Shown piece by piece: positions 23,403 to 24,000 of a DNA stretch of 24,000 bases. This DNA comes from Candidatus Wolframiiraptor gerlachensis (GTDB lineage: Archaea; Thermoproteota; Nitrososphaeria_A; Caldarchaeales; Wolframiiraptoraceae). The position numbers and the translations under genes are program-made. Every line of letters starts with the position of its first letter. Within the stretch, counting starts at the first letter, position 1. The stretch spans positions 12,343 to 36,342 of the forward strand of contig JAJPCT020000007.1 in the NCBI GenBank assembly GCA_021323375.2. Direction: 5' to 3'. Under the pieces are notes generated by a model that was not told the DNA's origin, ran no database searches, and saw only the letters and a program-made list of their open reading frames with translations.

Positions 23403-23405
23403 TTA

Positions 23406-23999
23406 TCACCCCTCATCTTTGATGAATACAACATGCATCGCGAGGGCCTTGTGGCAGTTTTGGCAAACCTCTAAGCCGCCTGGCCTTCCCCTGGTCTGGA
23501 TTATTTTTCCCTCCTTCTCTGCGGTTAGGAAGCAGTCCTCACATAGTAACGCTATCCTAATCCTCACCGATCCAAGTCTCTGCCTTTCCCCTTCCTTTCC
23601 CTCCGATCTGGTCTCCTCTTTCAGAGCCTCCTCTTCCTTGAGAATCGCGTTTAGCATATGCCTAACCCTGTCGACTAGGAAGACGACCTCTTCACCGCTG
23701 ATGTTTCTCTCCACACGTATCCTTGAACTGTCGGCGGTTACTGCCTCGGCCCCGTAAAGCGCTTTTAAATCGTCAACTAGTTTGTTGTAGCGATCCTCTC
23801 CCAACAGCCTTAATGTCTTTTCATCAAGCTCTATCGTGAATTCGAGGGGTTCCAAAAGTAGCCTACCGAAGTGATGCTCCCCGTTCCTGAGGGGGATCGC
23901 GACTGTGGGTGCCTCTACCCCTATGTTGCTCTTATTCCTTTTCTCAGAAAAGGCTTCTTCTCGCTCTTTTTCGAAAATTACGCCCTCTTCTTGAGTAGT
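23406..23999 (-). CDS. Hypothetical protein with C-terminal zinc ribbon; reading frame is open to the window edge
   Basis: Contains CEDC...(21 aa)...CQNC. The track start TTG 23855 has no SD. The same frame stays open through 23999 (…TTQEEGVIFEKEREEAFSEKRNKSNIGVEAPTVAIPLRNGEHHFGRLLLEPLEF…), so the true start may lie outside the window. Confidence 0.5.
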   Translation of the reverse strand, partial: TTQEEGVIFEKEREEAFSEKRNKSNIGVEAPTVAIPLRNGEHHFGRLLLEPLEFTIELDEKTLRLLGEDRYNKLVDDLKALYGAEAVTADSSRIRVERNISGEEVVFLVDRVRHMLNAILKEEEALKEETRSEGKEGERQRLGSVRIRIALLCEDCFLTAEKEGKIIQTRGRPGGLEVCQNCHKALAMHVVFIKDEG

Positions 24000-24000
24000 T

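Larger units (their letters stand above)
19961..24000 (-). mobile_element. Putative integrated element (provirus/plasmid-like), partial: integrase, AbrB regulator and a Zn-ribbon-rich operon
   Basis: A tyrosine integrase sits at the boundary with host pckA. A divergent small AbrB regulator and five or more tightly overlapping small ORFs of unknown function follow. The far end is outside the window. Confidence 0.55.

Noticed and set aside
1-24000. CRISPR arrays, rRNA genes and long tandem repeats
   Set aside because: No regularly spaced direct repeats and no rRNA-like conserved stretches were seen on either strand by eye.

Overview
All protein calls come from reading motifs by eye; no database search was possible. 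The window looks like archaeal chromosome, probably a Thermoproteota-like thermophile. The evidence is AGG/AGA Arg and ATA Ile codon usage, Alba, archaeal-type PGK and PEP carboxylase, a PibD/FlaK-type peptidase, an AEP primase, and TATA-like boxes about 25-40 nt upstream of starts.

Layout:
- 1-9.8 kb: housekeeping and central-carbon genes. These are a partial ECF S-component, an RHH-fused nucleotidyltransferase, class I GAPDH, an aldo/keto reductase, pgk, archaeal PEPC, a GGCT-like protein, a DedA-like protein, two small membrane ORFs and an NnrE-like fusion.
- 9.8-15.1 kb: a Thr-rich surface protein broken at a C7/G7 tract, a KaiC-like ATPase translationally coupled to a minimal AEP primase, an A24 prepilin peptidase, NnrD, Alba and a Trm112-like protein.
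- 15.2-17.1 kb: an AT-rich island. It carries a compact ORF with the IS110-family DEDD motif pattern, followed immediately by a ~135-nt nested-stem structured element and an oligo-T tract. This is the best candidate for something new: a compact IS110/IS1111-like recombinase plus a bridge/seek-RNA-like ncRNA.
- 17.1-20.0 kb: a presenilin/SPP homologue and a divergent ATP-type PEPCK.
- 19.96-24.0 kb: the edge of a putative integrated element. It has a tyrosine integrase, a small AbrB/SpoVT ORF missing from the ORF track, and a tightly overlapping minus-strand operon rich in zinc-ribbon proteins that runs off the window.

No rRNA, tRNA or CRISPR array was seen.
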